From an uncultured Gemmatimonadaceae bacterium (GTDB lineage Bacteria; Gemmatimonadota; Gemmatimonadetes; Gemmatimonadales; Gemmatimonadaceae), in the NCBI GenBank assembly GCA_963822945.1, contig CAWGJO010000036.1, positions 1 through 64,000 on the forward strand: a stretch of DNA of 64,000 bases. Reading direction: 5' to 3'. The notes below the pieces were generated by a model. It did no database searches, was not told where the DNA came from, and worked only from the letters and a program-made list of their open reading frames with translations. Both the position numbers and the translations under genes were made by a program. Below, piece after piece: positions 9,062 through 18,008 of this stretch; the first letter of the stretch is position 1, and each line of letters starts with the position of its first letter.

Positions 9062-10332
9062 AAGTTGGGCACGCCCTGCGGATCCTCCCCTCGCTGGAGG
9101 CGGTATTCCCCCTGCGCTCGCTGCTGCTGGCCAGCGCACACAGCGCGCCGCAAGACGCGTGGGGGAGCGGCGGCCCATACCTCACCATCGGCAAGCATGA
9201 CGTGGACTCCACGGAGCTGCGGCGTCAATTCGCGGTCAGCTTCCGTGCGCTGACCACGCACCTCAGCGACCTGTACAACGCGTTCGCGGACGCCGTCGAT
9301 CTCATCGATAGCGGCGAACCATCGGCAGCGGTGGAACGCATCCTCGATGCCGGCCGCCGTGAGGAAGGCGTCGGCCGGATCGACCAGGCCCAGGCCTGGT
9401 ATCGGGCTGCCCTCCAGATCGCGGAGCCGCTCCAGGATCACCGTCCCGAGATCAACGCCCTGCTGACGCTTGGCGACCTGAGTGCCCGCGTCGGGCTGTA
9501 CCGGCAATCGGGGCGCGTCCACCAGCGGGCGCTCGCCCTGGCCGAAGCCGCGTTCTATCCGAGCGCCGCCGCGTCGGCGAGTGCCGGACTCGGCACCGTC
9601 GCCACGGCGGCGGGCGACTGGCGTGGCGCCCAGGCCTGGTTCGAGCGTGCCCTGGGCCTTGCCGAAGCGGAGGGCGACGCGTCACGGACCGCCCATATCC
9701 ACCATGCGTTCGGCGAGTTCTTCCGCCGCAAGGGAGACATCGCCCGCGCCACGACGGAACTGTCGCTGGCCCGCGAGACCTTCGAGACGCTTGGCCAGGC
9801 CAGAGATCTGGCGCGCGTGCTGCTCACGGAAGCACTGCTGTTCTCCGACCACGGCAACTTGCGTCGGGCGGCCGGTACCTTCCGTGAAGCCCTGGCGTGG
9901 CTGCGGGCGGGCACGGCGGACCCTGCCCTCGAAGTCGATATCCGGCTCCATCTCGCCAGACTGCGGATGGAGGAGGACCATCTGCTCCAGGCAGAAGACG
10001 AACTCCGCCACAGCGAGGGGCTGGCCGTCCAGCACACGCTCATCGGTCATCTCGTCGGGGTCTACGGCGCGATGGGTACGGTCCGCGGCCTCCAGGACGA
10101 CGACAGCGGATTCGTGTTCTTCGAGCAGGCAATCCAGCTCTTGCCGATGGTCGGACGGTCCCCGGTGCTCGAAGCCCGGCTGTACCACGATTACGGCACG
10201 TTCATGAAGCGCGTCGGACGCCCCGCCGAGGCCCACGCGCACTTCGACCACGCTCGCGAACTGTTCGAGTCGGTGGGCGCCCAGTCGGACCTGCACAAGG
10301 TCGAGGCAGACCTCGTGCAGATGCCAGCCTGA
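9058..10332 (+). CDS. Tetratricopeptide-repeat-like helical protein
   Basis: Repeated Ala/Leu-rich helix pairs (AQAWYRAALQIAE, AQAWFERALGLAE, AHAHFDHARELFE). GTGA overlap with the upstream gene. Confidence 0.8.
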   Translation: MKVGHALRILPSLEAVFPLRSLLLASAHSAPQDAWGSGGPYLTIGKHDVDSTELRRQFAVSFRALTTHLSDLYNAFADAVDLIDSGEPSAAVERILDAGRREEGVGRIDQAQAWYRAALQIAEPLQDHRPEINALLTLGDLSARVGLYRQSGRVHQRALALAEAAFYPSAAASASAGLGTVATAAGDWRGAQAWFERALGLAEAEGDASRTAHIHHAFGEFFRRKGDIARATTELSLARETFETLGQARDLARVLLTEALLFSDHGNLRRAAGTFREALAWLRAGTADPALEVDIRLHLARLRMEEDHLLQAEDELRHSEGLAVQHTLIGHLVGVYGAMGTVRGLQDDDSGFVFFEQAIQLLPMVGRSPVLEARLYHDYGTFMKRVGRPAEAHAHFDHARELFESVGAQSDLHKVEADLVQMPA

Positions 10333-10390
10333 CCTCTCGCCTCTGATCCGCCCCGACCGCCTCTTGAATGAGCGTCCGCGCGCCCATATA

Positions 10391-10423
10391 GTTCACACTA
10401 TGCAACAGTTCTCAGGTGCTAAC
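10391..10423 (+). promoter_or_regulatory. Tandem candidate MarR operators
   Basis: Two adjacent GTT-N10-AAC boxes (10391-10406 and 10408-10423) in an AT-rich patch directly before marR. Confidence 0.45.
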
Positions 10424-10426
10424 ATT

Positions 10427-10888
10427 ATGGGCGACGCAGGAGACTGCGCGGCCGACGTCGTGGACGTGGGCCTGGCCGTCTCACGGCTCGTCAGGGCCCA
10501 GTTGCGGCGCGATGCACCAGGAGGCCTCACCCTGCCCCAAATCCGGGCGCTTGCCTTCGTGAGCGCCGATCCCGCCTGTTCGCCGTCGCAGCTGGCCGAG
10601 TACCTGATGCTCAGCCGTCCGGCAGTCACCCGCCTCATCGACAGTCTGGTGGAGCACCAGCTGGTAACGCGGCGCGCGCATCCCGACGACCGACGCCGGC
10701 TGCAACTGGCCGTGACGGGAGCGGGGCGCGATCGCCTCGACAGGTACTTCGTCAGAGCACGCGCGATCATCGCCGACCGGCTGGCCCGCCTGCAGCCGGA
10801 CGATCGGGCAGCCGTGCGCCACGCCATGCAACTCGTGCTGCCGGTGGTGGCGGGCGCACCCACGGAACCGGCCGTCGGGGACGGCTAG
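10427..10888 (+). CDS. MarR-family transcriptional regulator
   Basis: GLTLPQIRAL, SQLAEYLMLSRPAVTRLIDSL and HPDDRR wing motif. Start could be 10400. Confidence 0.9.
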   Translation: MGDAGDCAADVVDVGLAVSRLVRAQLRRDAPGGLTLPQIRALAFVSADPACSPSQLAEYLMLSRPAVTRLIDSLVEHQLVTRRAHPDDRRRLQLAVTGAGRDRLDRYFVRARAIIADRLARLQPDDRAAVRHAMQLVLPVVAGAPTEPAVGDG

Positions 10889-10890
10889 CG

Positions 10891-12435
10891 ATGGCAGGTC
10901 GCCACAACAAGTGGGTGATTGCCGGCACCGTGATGATCGGGAACATCATGGCGGTGCTCGACTCGAGCATCGTCAACGTCGCGCTCCCCGACATCGGCGG
11001 GAATCTCGGGGCCACGGTCGAGGAGATCACGTGGGTGGTCACCGGCTACATCCTGGCGAACGTGCTCGTCATGCCGATCGTCGGCATGTTGAGCGCGCGC
11101 TACGGCCGGAAGCGCATCTACATGCTGTCGATCGCCGTGTTCACCGGCGCGTCGATGGCCTGCGGTCTCTCTACGTCGCTCACCATGCTCGTGGCGTACC
11201 GCGTGCTGCAAGGGCTTGCCGGCGGCATTCTGATCACGGTGCCACAGGCCGTGCTCCGCGAGAGCTTCCCGTACGAACAGCAGGGTGTGGCCATGGGCGT
11301 CTACGGGATGGGTGTGGTGCTCGCGCCGGCCATCGGGCCCACGCTCGGCGGCTGGCTCACGGACAGCTACTCGTGGCCGTGGGTGTTCTTCATCAACGTG
11401 CCCATCGGTCTGCTGAATCTGCTCATGGTGCAACGCGTGCTCGAAGACCCGCCGTATCTGGAGCGCACCAAGGCGAAGATCGATTTCCCAGGGCTGGGAC
11501 TCATGGTGGTCGGCCTCGGCGCGTTCCAACTCATGCTCGAGGAGGGGCAGCGCAACGACTGGTTCCAGTCGGCGTTCATCGTCCGACTGGCGATCATCGC
11601 CGCCATCGGGATGGTGCTCTTCCTGTGGCGCGAATTGACCATCGACCTGCCGGCAGTGAATCTGCGCATCCTGCGCAACCCGACGTTCGGAGCCGCCACG
11701 CTGCTGGGCGGCGTGATGGGTGCGGGCCTGAGCGGGAGTCTCTTCATTCTGCCGCTCTTTCTCGAACGCCTATTGGGCTACAACGCCATGGACTCCGGCA
11801 TCGCGCTCATGCCGCGGAGCCTGGCGATGCTCGTGGTGATGCCGATCGCCGGCCGGCTGTACAACTCCGTGGGACCGCGGCTTATGGTGTTGACGGGCCT
11901 CGGCTTCATCGTTGCCGGTTACTGGCAATTGGGACACATGTCCATGCAGACGGGGCTGTGGAGCCTCGTACTCCCCCAGGTGTGCACCGGCACCGGATTC
12001 AGCTTCCTGTTCGCGGCGCTGAGCACGGCGGCGCTGTCGGAGATCGCCAAGTCGCAGATGACGGCCGCGACGGGCCTCTACAACGTGGTGCGGCAGGTGA
12101 TGGGAAGCATCGGCATCGCGGTCGTGGCGACGATGCTCACGCACGGCCAGTCGCGATACTACTCGGTGCTGGCCGAGGATTCGTCGAGCCCCATCGCACG
12201 CCAGTGGCTGCAGTCGGTGACGCATGCCATGCAGAGCATGGGGACGAGCCTGTACGAAGCGGAGCGCCGGGCGCTGGCGCTGCTCGGCGTACGCGTGAGT
12301 CAGCAGGCGGAGGTGCTCTCCTACAACCACATCTTCCTGGTCGTCGCCGCCGTGTTCGTGATCGTGGCGCCGCTGGTCTGGCTTCTCCCGCGCAGCGGGT
12401 TCCGGCCGGAGGCCGTCGAGGCGGCGTTGGACTGA
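10891..12435 (+). CDS. DHA2 (EmrB/QacA) MFS drug efflux transporter
   Basis: LDSSIVNVALP, WVVTGYILA, APAIGPTLGGWLTDSYSWPWVFFINVPIG motifs and a 14-TM pattern. Confidence 0.95.
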   Translation: MAGRHNKWVIAGTVMIGNIMAVLDSSIVNVALPDIGGNLGATVEEITWVVTGYILANVLVMPIVGMLSARYGRKRIYMLSIAVFTGASMACGLSTSLTMLVAYRVLQGLAGGILITVPQAVLRESFPYEQQGVAMGVYGMGVVLAPAIGPTLGGWLTDSYSWPWVFFINVPIGLLNLLMVQRVLEDPPYLERTKAKIDFPGLGLMVVGLGAFQLMLEEGQRNDWFQSAFIVRLAIIAAIGMVLFLWRELTIDLPAVNLRILRNPTFGAATLLGGVMGAGLSGSLFILPLFLERLLGYNAMDSGIALMPRSLAMLVVMPIAGRLYNSVGPRLMVLTGLGFIVAGYWQLGHMSMQTGLWSLVLPQVCTGTGFSFLFAALSTAALSEIAKSQMTAATGLYNVVRQVMGSIGIAVVATMLTHGQSRYYSVLAEDSSSPIARQWLQSVTHAMQSMGTSLYEAERRALALLGVRVSQQAEVLSYNHIFLVVAAVFVIVAPLVWLLPRSGFRPEAVEAALD

Positions 12436-12577
12436 GCGCGGCCCGGCATCGGATCGCAAGCGATCTGTAAGGGGCTCGCAATTCCCACTTGCGCCCCGTC
12501 TCCGCGCGGCCCACAGTATAGTAATTCTTGGGTGGCCACCGCCGCCCGAGGCGGCCAAGGGGCCGGAGGAGGAACGG

Positions 12578-13438
12578 ATGCGCTCAACGTTCTCGTATGT
12601 CGCGCGGTACGCGATCGGGATCGCCGTCCTGGGAACACTCGCGGCGGCGCCGAGCCGCGCCCAGCGGCCCACGCAAACCGTCACCATCGTGGGGAGGGCG
12701 GTCGATTCGCTTTCCCAACCGATCGCGGGCGCCGAGGTGGGCATCTCGGCGCTGAAGCTCTCCACTTCCACGGATGCGTACGGCCGGTACCGCCTTGCCG
12801 GTGTGCCGGCGGGCGCCCATGTGGTATCGGTGCGGAAGCTGGGATACGGACCGGTAGATATCGCGATCCGGACGCCGCGGGATACGTCGCTCGCGCCGGT
12901 GATCATGGTTCCGGGCGCGGTCGTGCTGCGCACCGTCGTCACGCGCACGGTGGGCATGTTCGGCAAGCCGGCGCGCCTGGCGTACACCGGCAAATACGAT
13001 GGATTCTACGAACGCCGGGCGTACTCGGCGGGATCGGGACGCTTCTATACGCGGGAAGATATCGATCGCATGGACGTGCAGGATTTCAAGGACGTCCTGC
13101 GCCGGGTGCCGCATCTCCAGATGTGGGATGACGGGGGCAACACGGTGCTGCGCTTCCCCACCTGCGCCACCGCCGGCATCATGATCAAGTTGAACGGCAT
13201 GCAGGTCTGGCCCCATCCGGAGTTCGGGAGCACCCCCGTGGCCCAGCTCTCCCAGCTACCCGCCGGGCAGATGGACGGCAACTCCGGCCCGGACCCCACG
13301 GCAACCGACCCCCTGGAAGCGTTTCGCACCATGAAGGCCACCGACGTCGAGGCCATCGAGGTTTACCCGTCGTCGTCGTCGCTGCCCGTTGAAGCGGTGG
13401 GGAACGCCTGCGCGGCGATCTTCGTCTGGAGCCGGTAG
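12578..13438 (+). CDS. Secreted carboxypeptidase-regulatory-like domain + TonB plug-like domain protein
   Basis: Signal peptide; GRAVDS..QPIAGAEV, TDAYGRYRL, VRKLGY; plug-like TREDI..DVLRRVP and DVEAIEVY. Confidence 0.75.
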   Translation: MRSTFSYVARYAIGIAVLGTLAAAPSRAQRPTQTVTIVGRAVDSLSQPIAGAEVGISALKLSTSTDAYGRYRLAGVPAGAHVVSVRKLGYGPVDIAIRTPRDTSLAPVIMVPGAVVLRTVVTRTVGMFGKPARLAYTGKYDGFYERRAYSAGSGRFYTREDIDRMDVQDFKDVLRRVPHLQMWDDGGNTVLRFPTCATAGIMIKLNGMQVWPHPEFGSTPVAQLSQLPAGQMDGNSGPDPTATDPLEAFRTMKATDVEAIEVYPSSSSLPVEAVGNACAAIFVWSR

Positions 13439-13440
13439 GG

Positions 13441-14265
13441 TTGCGGGGGTCGGTGCTCGCGGCCGTCGTCGGCCTGATCGCAGCGGGAACACCCGCCGCG
13501 GCTCAGCGCCCGGCGACGGAAACGGGTATCGTCTCGGGCCGCGTGGTCGATTCCCTGTCGAAGCCGCTGGCCGGCGCAACGGTGTCCATCGACAGTCTGC
13601 CGTCAACGGTGACCACGGACAGCACCGGCGCCTTTCGCCTGGGCGGAGTGGCCGCCGGCACGCACTTGCTGTGGGTCCGGAAAATCGGCATCGCGCCCGA
13701 GGCCTTCCACGTCACCGTCCTCGCGAACCGTACGAAGGTCGTGCTGGCCAGGATCGCCGGCGCCGGCGTCGTGCTCCCTACCGTCCGAACGCTGGCCGTG
13801 GGTCAGTTCGGCAAGCCGGAACGGCTGGCGTACACCATGAAATACGACGAGTTCTACCGCCGGCGCGCCCAATCGACGGCCGGTCTGTTCTACACCCACG
13901 AAGATCTCGCCGCGATGAAGACGGCGGATCTCCCCGCCATGCTGCGGCGGGTTCCGGGACTGACCGTTCGTCAGACGCTGGACGGCACACAACTCTTCTT
14001 CCCCGGGTGCGGCACGGACCACATCCTGATCATGCAGAATCAGCAACGCGTATGGCCGGAGGCCGGCGGGAGCAGCGCAATGGGTTCCGTCCCAGGCCTG
14101 GGCAGCGCACAGAAGAGCGATCCGCAGGCCGATCCCTTCGAGGTCATCGGGTCGCTGCACCTCCAGAACATCGAGGCCATCGAGGTCTACAAGACCATCG
14201 GCTCACTCCCGATCGAGGCGGCGAATGGCGACTACTGCGCGGAGATCGTGATCTGGACGCGCTGA
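13441..14265 (+). CDS. Paralogue of the upstream gene (CarboxypepD_reg-like + plug-like)
   Basis: Shares FGKPxRLAYTxKYDxFYxRRA, LRRVP, IEAIEVY and C-terminal CAxIxxWxR. TTG start is uncertain. Confidence 0.75.
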   Translation: MRGSVLAAVVGLIAAGTPAAAQRPATETGIVSGRVVDSLSKPLAGATVSIDSLPSTVTTDSTGAFRLGGVAAGTHLLWVRKIGIAPEAFHVTVLANRTKVVLARIAGAGVVLPTVRTLAVGQFGKPERLAYTMKYDEFYRRRAQSTAGLFYTHEDLAAMKTADLPAMLRRVPGLTVRQTLDGTQLFFPGCGTDHILIMQNQQRVWPEAGGSSAMGSVPGLGSAQKSDPQADPFEVIGSLHLQNIEAIEVYKTIGSLPIEAANGDYCAEIVIWTR

Positions 14266-14283
14266 GGCGGCTCCGGCGCCAAC

Positions 14284-15534
14284 TCAGGACTCGTGGCCGA
14301 GCACCTTCCGCACGAGGTTGAGCGCGGCCTGCGCCGCGCGTTGGCGGACCTCCTGCCGGTCGCCCCACGAGTGCATGAGCGCCGCGCGCACCTCGCCGGC
14401 GAAGTCGACGGCCAGCCACACCGTCCCAACCGGTTTCTCGGGCGTACCGCCGTCGGGCCCTGCAATGCCGGTGATGCCGACCCCGATCTCGGCGCCCGTG
14501 CGCTCGCGCGCGCCAGCGGCCATCGCGCGCGCCACCTCCTCGCTCACGGCGCCGTGCGCGTCGATCGTCGACGCCGGCACGTCGAGCAACGAGGTCTTGA
14601 TCTCGTTGGCGTAGGCGATCACGCCGCCCACGAACACGTCACTCGCCCCCGGAATGCGCGTGAGCCGTTCGCCGAGCAGTCCTCCGGTGCAGCTCTCACC
14701 GACGGCGATCTTCAACCCGCGCTCGCGGCAGCTCTCGAGTACCACGGCGGCGAGGTCTGCGTTTCCCTCACCGTAGATGTCACGCGCGAACACGCGGCGC
14801 AGCCGGTCCGCGGCCGCTTCGAGCCGCCGGTCCGCCTCGGCAGCCGGCAGGCCGCGGACGGTGACGCGCAGATCGACACCGTCCACGTTGGGCAGGTAGG
14901 CGAGCGCGGCTTCCGGCACCCCGCCCTCGATACCGCCTACCCGTTCCGCGATCAGCGATTCGGCAAGCCCGGTGGTCCGCAGCGTCCGCGAGCGAACGAC
15001 GCGGTCGCCAGTCACGCGCTCGCGGATCATCGGCAGGAGCGTGTCGGCCAGCATCCCGCGCATCTCGCGCGGCACGCCGGGCAGCATGGCCACCCAGCGG
15101 CCGCGATCGTCTTCCAGCCAGATGCCGGGAGCCGACCCGTGGTTGTTGCGGAGTTTGACGGCGCGATCCGGAATCATGGCCTGTTGCCGGTTGGCCTCGG
15201 GAATCTCTCGGCCGAACCGTGAGCGCCATCGCTCCGCCATCCAGGCAAAGTGTGCCTCGTCGAAGCGCATCTCACGTCCGAACAGCGCGGCGATGGAAGG
15301 CTTTGTGAGATCGTCGCTGGTGGGGCCGAGCCCACCGGTGGTGATCACAGCGCCGGCGCGGTCGAGCCCGTCACGCACGGCGGCGGCGATACTCACCGCA
15401 TCATCGCCGACCGTCGTCCGGCGATCGACCTCGACCCCGATCTCGGCAAGTTGCCGAGCGATGTGGGCGGCGTTCGTGTCGATGGTGAAGCCGAGCAGGA
15501 GTTCGTCGCCGATCGTGACCAGTTCGATCTTCAT
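14284..15534 (-). CDS. cinA: Competence/damage-inducible protein A (MocF + NMN deamidase)
   Basis: IGDELLLG, TGGLGPTSDDLT, LPGVPREM, ESCTGG and ITGIAGPDGG motifs. Confidence 0.95.
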   Translation of the reverse strand: MKIELVTIGDELLLGFTIDTNAAHIARQLAEIGVEVDRRTTVGDDAVSIAAAVRDGLDRAGAVITTGGLGPTSDDLTKPSIAALFGREMRFDEAHFAWMAERWRSRFGREIPEANRQQAMIPDRAVKLRNNHGSAPGIWLEDDRGRWVAMLPGVPREMRGMLADTLLPMIRERVTGDRVVRSRTLRTTGLAESLIAERVGGIEGGVPEAALAYLPNVDGVDLRVTVRGLPAAEADRRLEAAADRLRRVFARDIYGEGNADLAAVVLESCRERGLKIAVGESCTGGLLGERLTRIPGASDVFVGGVIAYANEIKTSLLDVPASTIDAHGAVSEEVARAMAAGARERTGAEIGVGITGIAGPDGGTPEKPVGTVWLAVDFAGEVRAALMHSWGDRQEVRQRAAQAALNLVRKVLGHES

Positions 15535-15583
15535 ATCCGGAGATCCGTTCGAGTACCAGGTAACGTTGGAGACTTAGTCGCGG

Positions 15584-15784
15584 GTGGGCATCAGGAACGG
15601 AGACTCGAACTGCAGATGATTCTGGATGGAACTGAACACGCCGGATGAACTGGAGGGGGCTTCGCGCCGAGATCGCCGTCGCTCGCCGGCGGGATCTCTC
15701 TGCGGCGTCCCCAATGCATCCCATCAGGCCGTGTCCGTCCCATCCTGAATCATCTTGTTCATACCCTCCGTTCCTGATGCCCAC
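15584..15784. repeat. About 200-bp imperfect palindromic (REP/MITE-like) element
   Basis: Perfect 19-bp terminal inverted repeat GTGGGCATCAGGAACGGAG / CTCCGTTCCTGATGCCCAC, plus inner complementary arms AGATGATTCTGGATGG / CCATCCTGAATCATCT. Confidence 0.75.
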
Positions 15785-15810
15785 AGGCCGGCACTGCACG
15801 GCCGGCCGGG

Positions 15811-16527
15811 CTATCGTGCCGCACGGAGGAGGCGGCCGTACCGGCTCATGTAGAGCCAGAGCGAATAGATGGTGAGCGCCGTGGCGCCGACCATCATGAA
15901 CACCCCGACGATCCCATTGAAGTAGGCGAAGTACCGCCACCCGGCACTGGCCCAACCGCGGTTCATCGCCACGGTCGCGACGAAGAACCAGAAGAACGCC
16001 GATCCCACCCAGACGAGTTGCATGGCGGTCTTCCACTTGGCGGGACCGATGGCACTGATCACCACGCCGCGGCCGCGCGCGATCTGTCGGAAGACCGACA
16101 TGTACACTTCGCGGCCGAGGATCAGCGTGGGGATCCACCATGGCAGTCCGATGAGCCCGAAGGGGGTCACGAACGGAAACGCGGCGAGCCCGCTGGTCTT
16201 CATTACGGGCCCCACCGTGCCGGCGACCATCGCGGTGTGCAGCGGTGAGAAGAGCGACGCCGAGGTGCCCGATCCGGTGAGCACGAACATGGGGATCAGG
16301 GTGGCGACGATCAGCAGTTTGTCGGCGAACGGGTCGAGCAGGCGTCCGAGATCGGTCTCCTGGGCGCGCGAGCGCGCCAGGTAGCCGTCCACGTAGTCGG
16401 TGATGGCGGCGAGCGCGAAGAGCGCCCAGGCGATGAACCGGTACGTGGACGATCCGGAGAAGGGCAGCCAGGCAATGAACGGCGCCGCGACGATGCGTCC
16501 CGCGGTCAACCAGTTCGGAAGATTCAC
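15811..16527 (-). CDS. pgsA: CDP-alcohol phosphatidyltransferase (PgsA-like)
   Basis: NLPNWLTAGR and the TDYVDGYLARS..TDLGRLLDPFADK signature. Confidence 0.88.
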   Translation of the reverse strand: MNLPNWLTAGRIVAAPFIAWLPFSGSSTYRFIAWALFALAAITDYVDGYLARSRAQETDLGRLLDPFADKLLIVATLIPMFVLTGSGTSASLFSPLHTAMVAGTVGPVMKTSGLAAFPFVTPFGLIGLPWWIPTLILGREVYMSVFRQIARGRGVVISAIGPAKWKTAMQLVWVGSAFFWFFVATVAMNRGWASAGWRYFAYFNGIVGVFMMVGATALTIYSLWLYMSRYGRLLRAAR

Positions 16528-16543
16528 CGGGTACCTGGGCGAC

Positions 16544-17218
16544 TCAGGCCAGTGACTTGAGCACGAGCTTACTCACGGCGCGCAGCGTCTCGAAGACGCC
16601 GTCGCCGGTGATGGCCACCGCTTCGAAATACTGGGCGCGCTCGATCCACTCGCCGGTGGGCAGCTGCTCGATGAGGTTCTCGCCGGCGTGGTACGGATCC
16701 GGGGTCACGCGCTGGTGGGCCGCGTCGGCGACCTCCCATCCGGGATTGAGCGCGGCCTGGAGGTCGGCCACCGGGGCCGCGTTGGGGAGATCCCGTTTGT
16801 TGTACTGCATCACGAACGGCATCTTCGTGAGGTCGTACCCGTACTCGGCCATGTTGTCGTACAGGTTCTGCATGCCTCCAGGTTCGCCTCCATGCGCTCG
16901 ATCTGCGAGTCGCCCACGAAGACGATGCCGTCCACGCCCTTGAGGATGAGCTTGCGGCTGGCGTTGTAGTAGACCTGGCCCGGCACCGTGTAGAGGTGGA
17001 AGCGGGTCTTGAACCCGCGAATCGTCCCAGGTCCACCGGCAGGAAGTCGAAGAACAGCGTGCGTTCGGTTTCGGTGGCCAGCGAGATCAGCTTGCCTCGC
17101 GTGTCGGGCTGCACCTTGCCGTACACGTGCTCGAGGTTGTCGTCTTGCCGCCCAGGCCCGGGCCGTAGTAGACGATCTTGCAGTTGATTTCGCGGGACGC
17201 GTAGTTGATCATCGACAT
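16544..17218 (-). CDS. mglA: MglA-family small GTPase, about 3 frameshifts
   Basis: Reconstructed across frames: [71 protein letters not shown]. Confidence 0.92.
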
Positions 17219-17232
17219 GCCGTCAGTCTCCC

Positions 17233-17721
17233 TTACTGGAACAGCTTGTCGATCTCGTCGTCCGCGCCGGCGAGAATATTGGGAGTGGCGGGCTGCCCGG
17301 AGGCGCCGCGCGAGAACACCGCATCGAAGAGCCGCGTGAGTTCCTCGACTGTCTGTTTCATCTTGAGACGGACCAGGCCAAGAGTAGTGCGGTTGTCGAA
17401 CAGCACGACGAGAATCACCCGCCGCGCCACGTCCGCCAGGTACATCGACTCCTTGTCGCCCTGATGGAACAGGGTGTTGAAGTCCGACTCGCCGATCAGC
17501 CGGGCCAACTGGTCGTTGGCACTGAAGTCGGCGGCCGTGAGCGTCGCGAACGTCGTGGCGTCGAACCGCGGCTGCTCACCGACGGTGGCCACCAACTGTC
17601 CGGTTCGATCGACGAGCAGGGCGCATCGCGCACTGCTGTCCACGAGAAAGTGCTGCAACGCCTCGGTGATGGCGTTGAAGTCGTCTTCCGTGAAGGACCA
17701 ACTCGCTGAACCGACGGGCAT
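17233..17721 (-). CDS. mglB: MglB roadblock/LC7 protein (GAP for MglA)
   Basis: [40 protein letters not shown] and C-terminal DDEIDKLF. Adjacent to mglA. Confidence 0.92.
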   Translation of the reverse strand: MPVGSASWSFTEDDFNAITEALQHFLVDSSARCALLVDRTGQLVATVGEQPRFDATTFATLTAADFSANDQLARLIGESDFNTLFHQGDKESMYLADVARRVILVVLFDNRTTLGLVRLKMKQTVEELTRLFDAVFSRGASGQPATPNILAGADDEIDKLFQ

Positions 17722-17735
17722 GGGTTGTCGCCTGC

Positions 17736-18008
17736 CTATTCGAGGTACGCCTGCATCCGCTGCAACATCCGCCGACCGCGCCGCCGGAGAAGGGGCATCG
17801 GCTCCCATTCCACGTATTCGGCGAGCAACCGGGCCGTCTGCAGCCCGGGCCGGCCCCCCAGATACCCGAGAGCCGCCACCCGCCGAACCGCACTCTCACT
17901 GAACAGGTCGCGCCGGGACCGCTCGATCTGCGCGCTCCACGCCAGCAGGCCCACCGCCACCCCCCCGACGAAGCCCGCCATCATGGCCGTCCGGTCGCGC
18001 CGTCCCAC
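17736..18008 (-). CDS. Small single-TM hypothetical protein
   Basis: Hydrophobic MMAGFVGGVAVGLLAW followed by a helical RRVAALGYLG region. Fills the recR-mglB gap. Confidence 0.65.
   Translation of the reverse strand: MGRRDRTAMMAGFVGGVAVGLLAWSAQIERSRRDLFSESAVRRVAALGYLGGRPGLQTARLLAEYVEWEPMPLLRRRGRRMLQRMQAYLE

Noticed and set aside
16544..17218. mglA as a pseudogene
   Set aside because: The reconstructed protein keeps all GTPase motifs and mglB is intact. The indels fit the window-wide error pattern.
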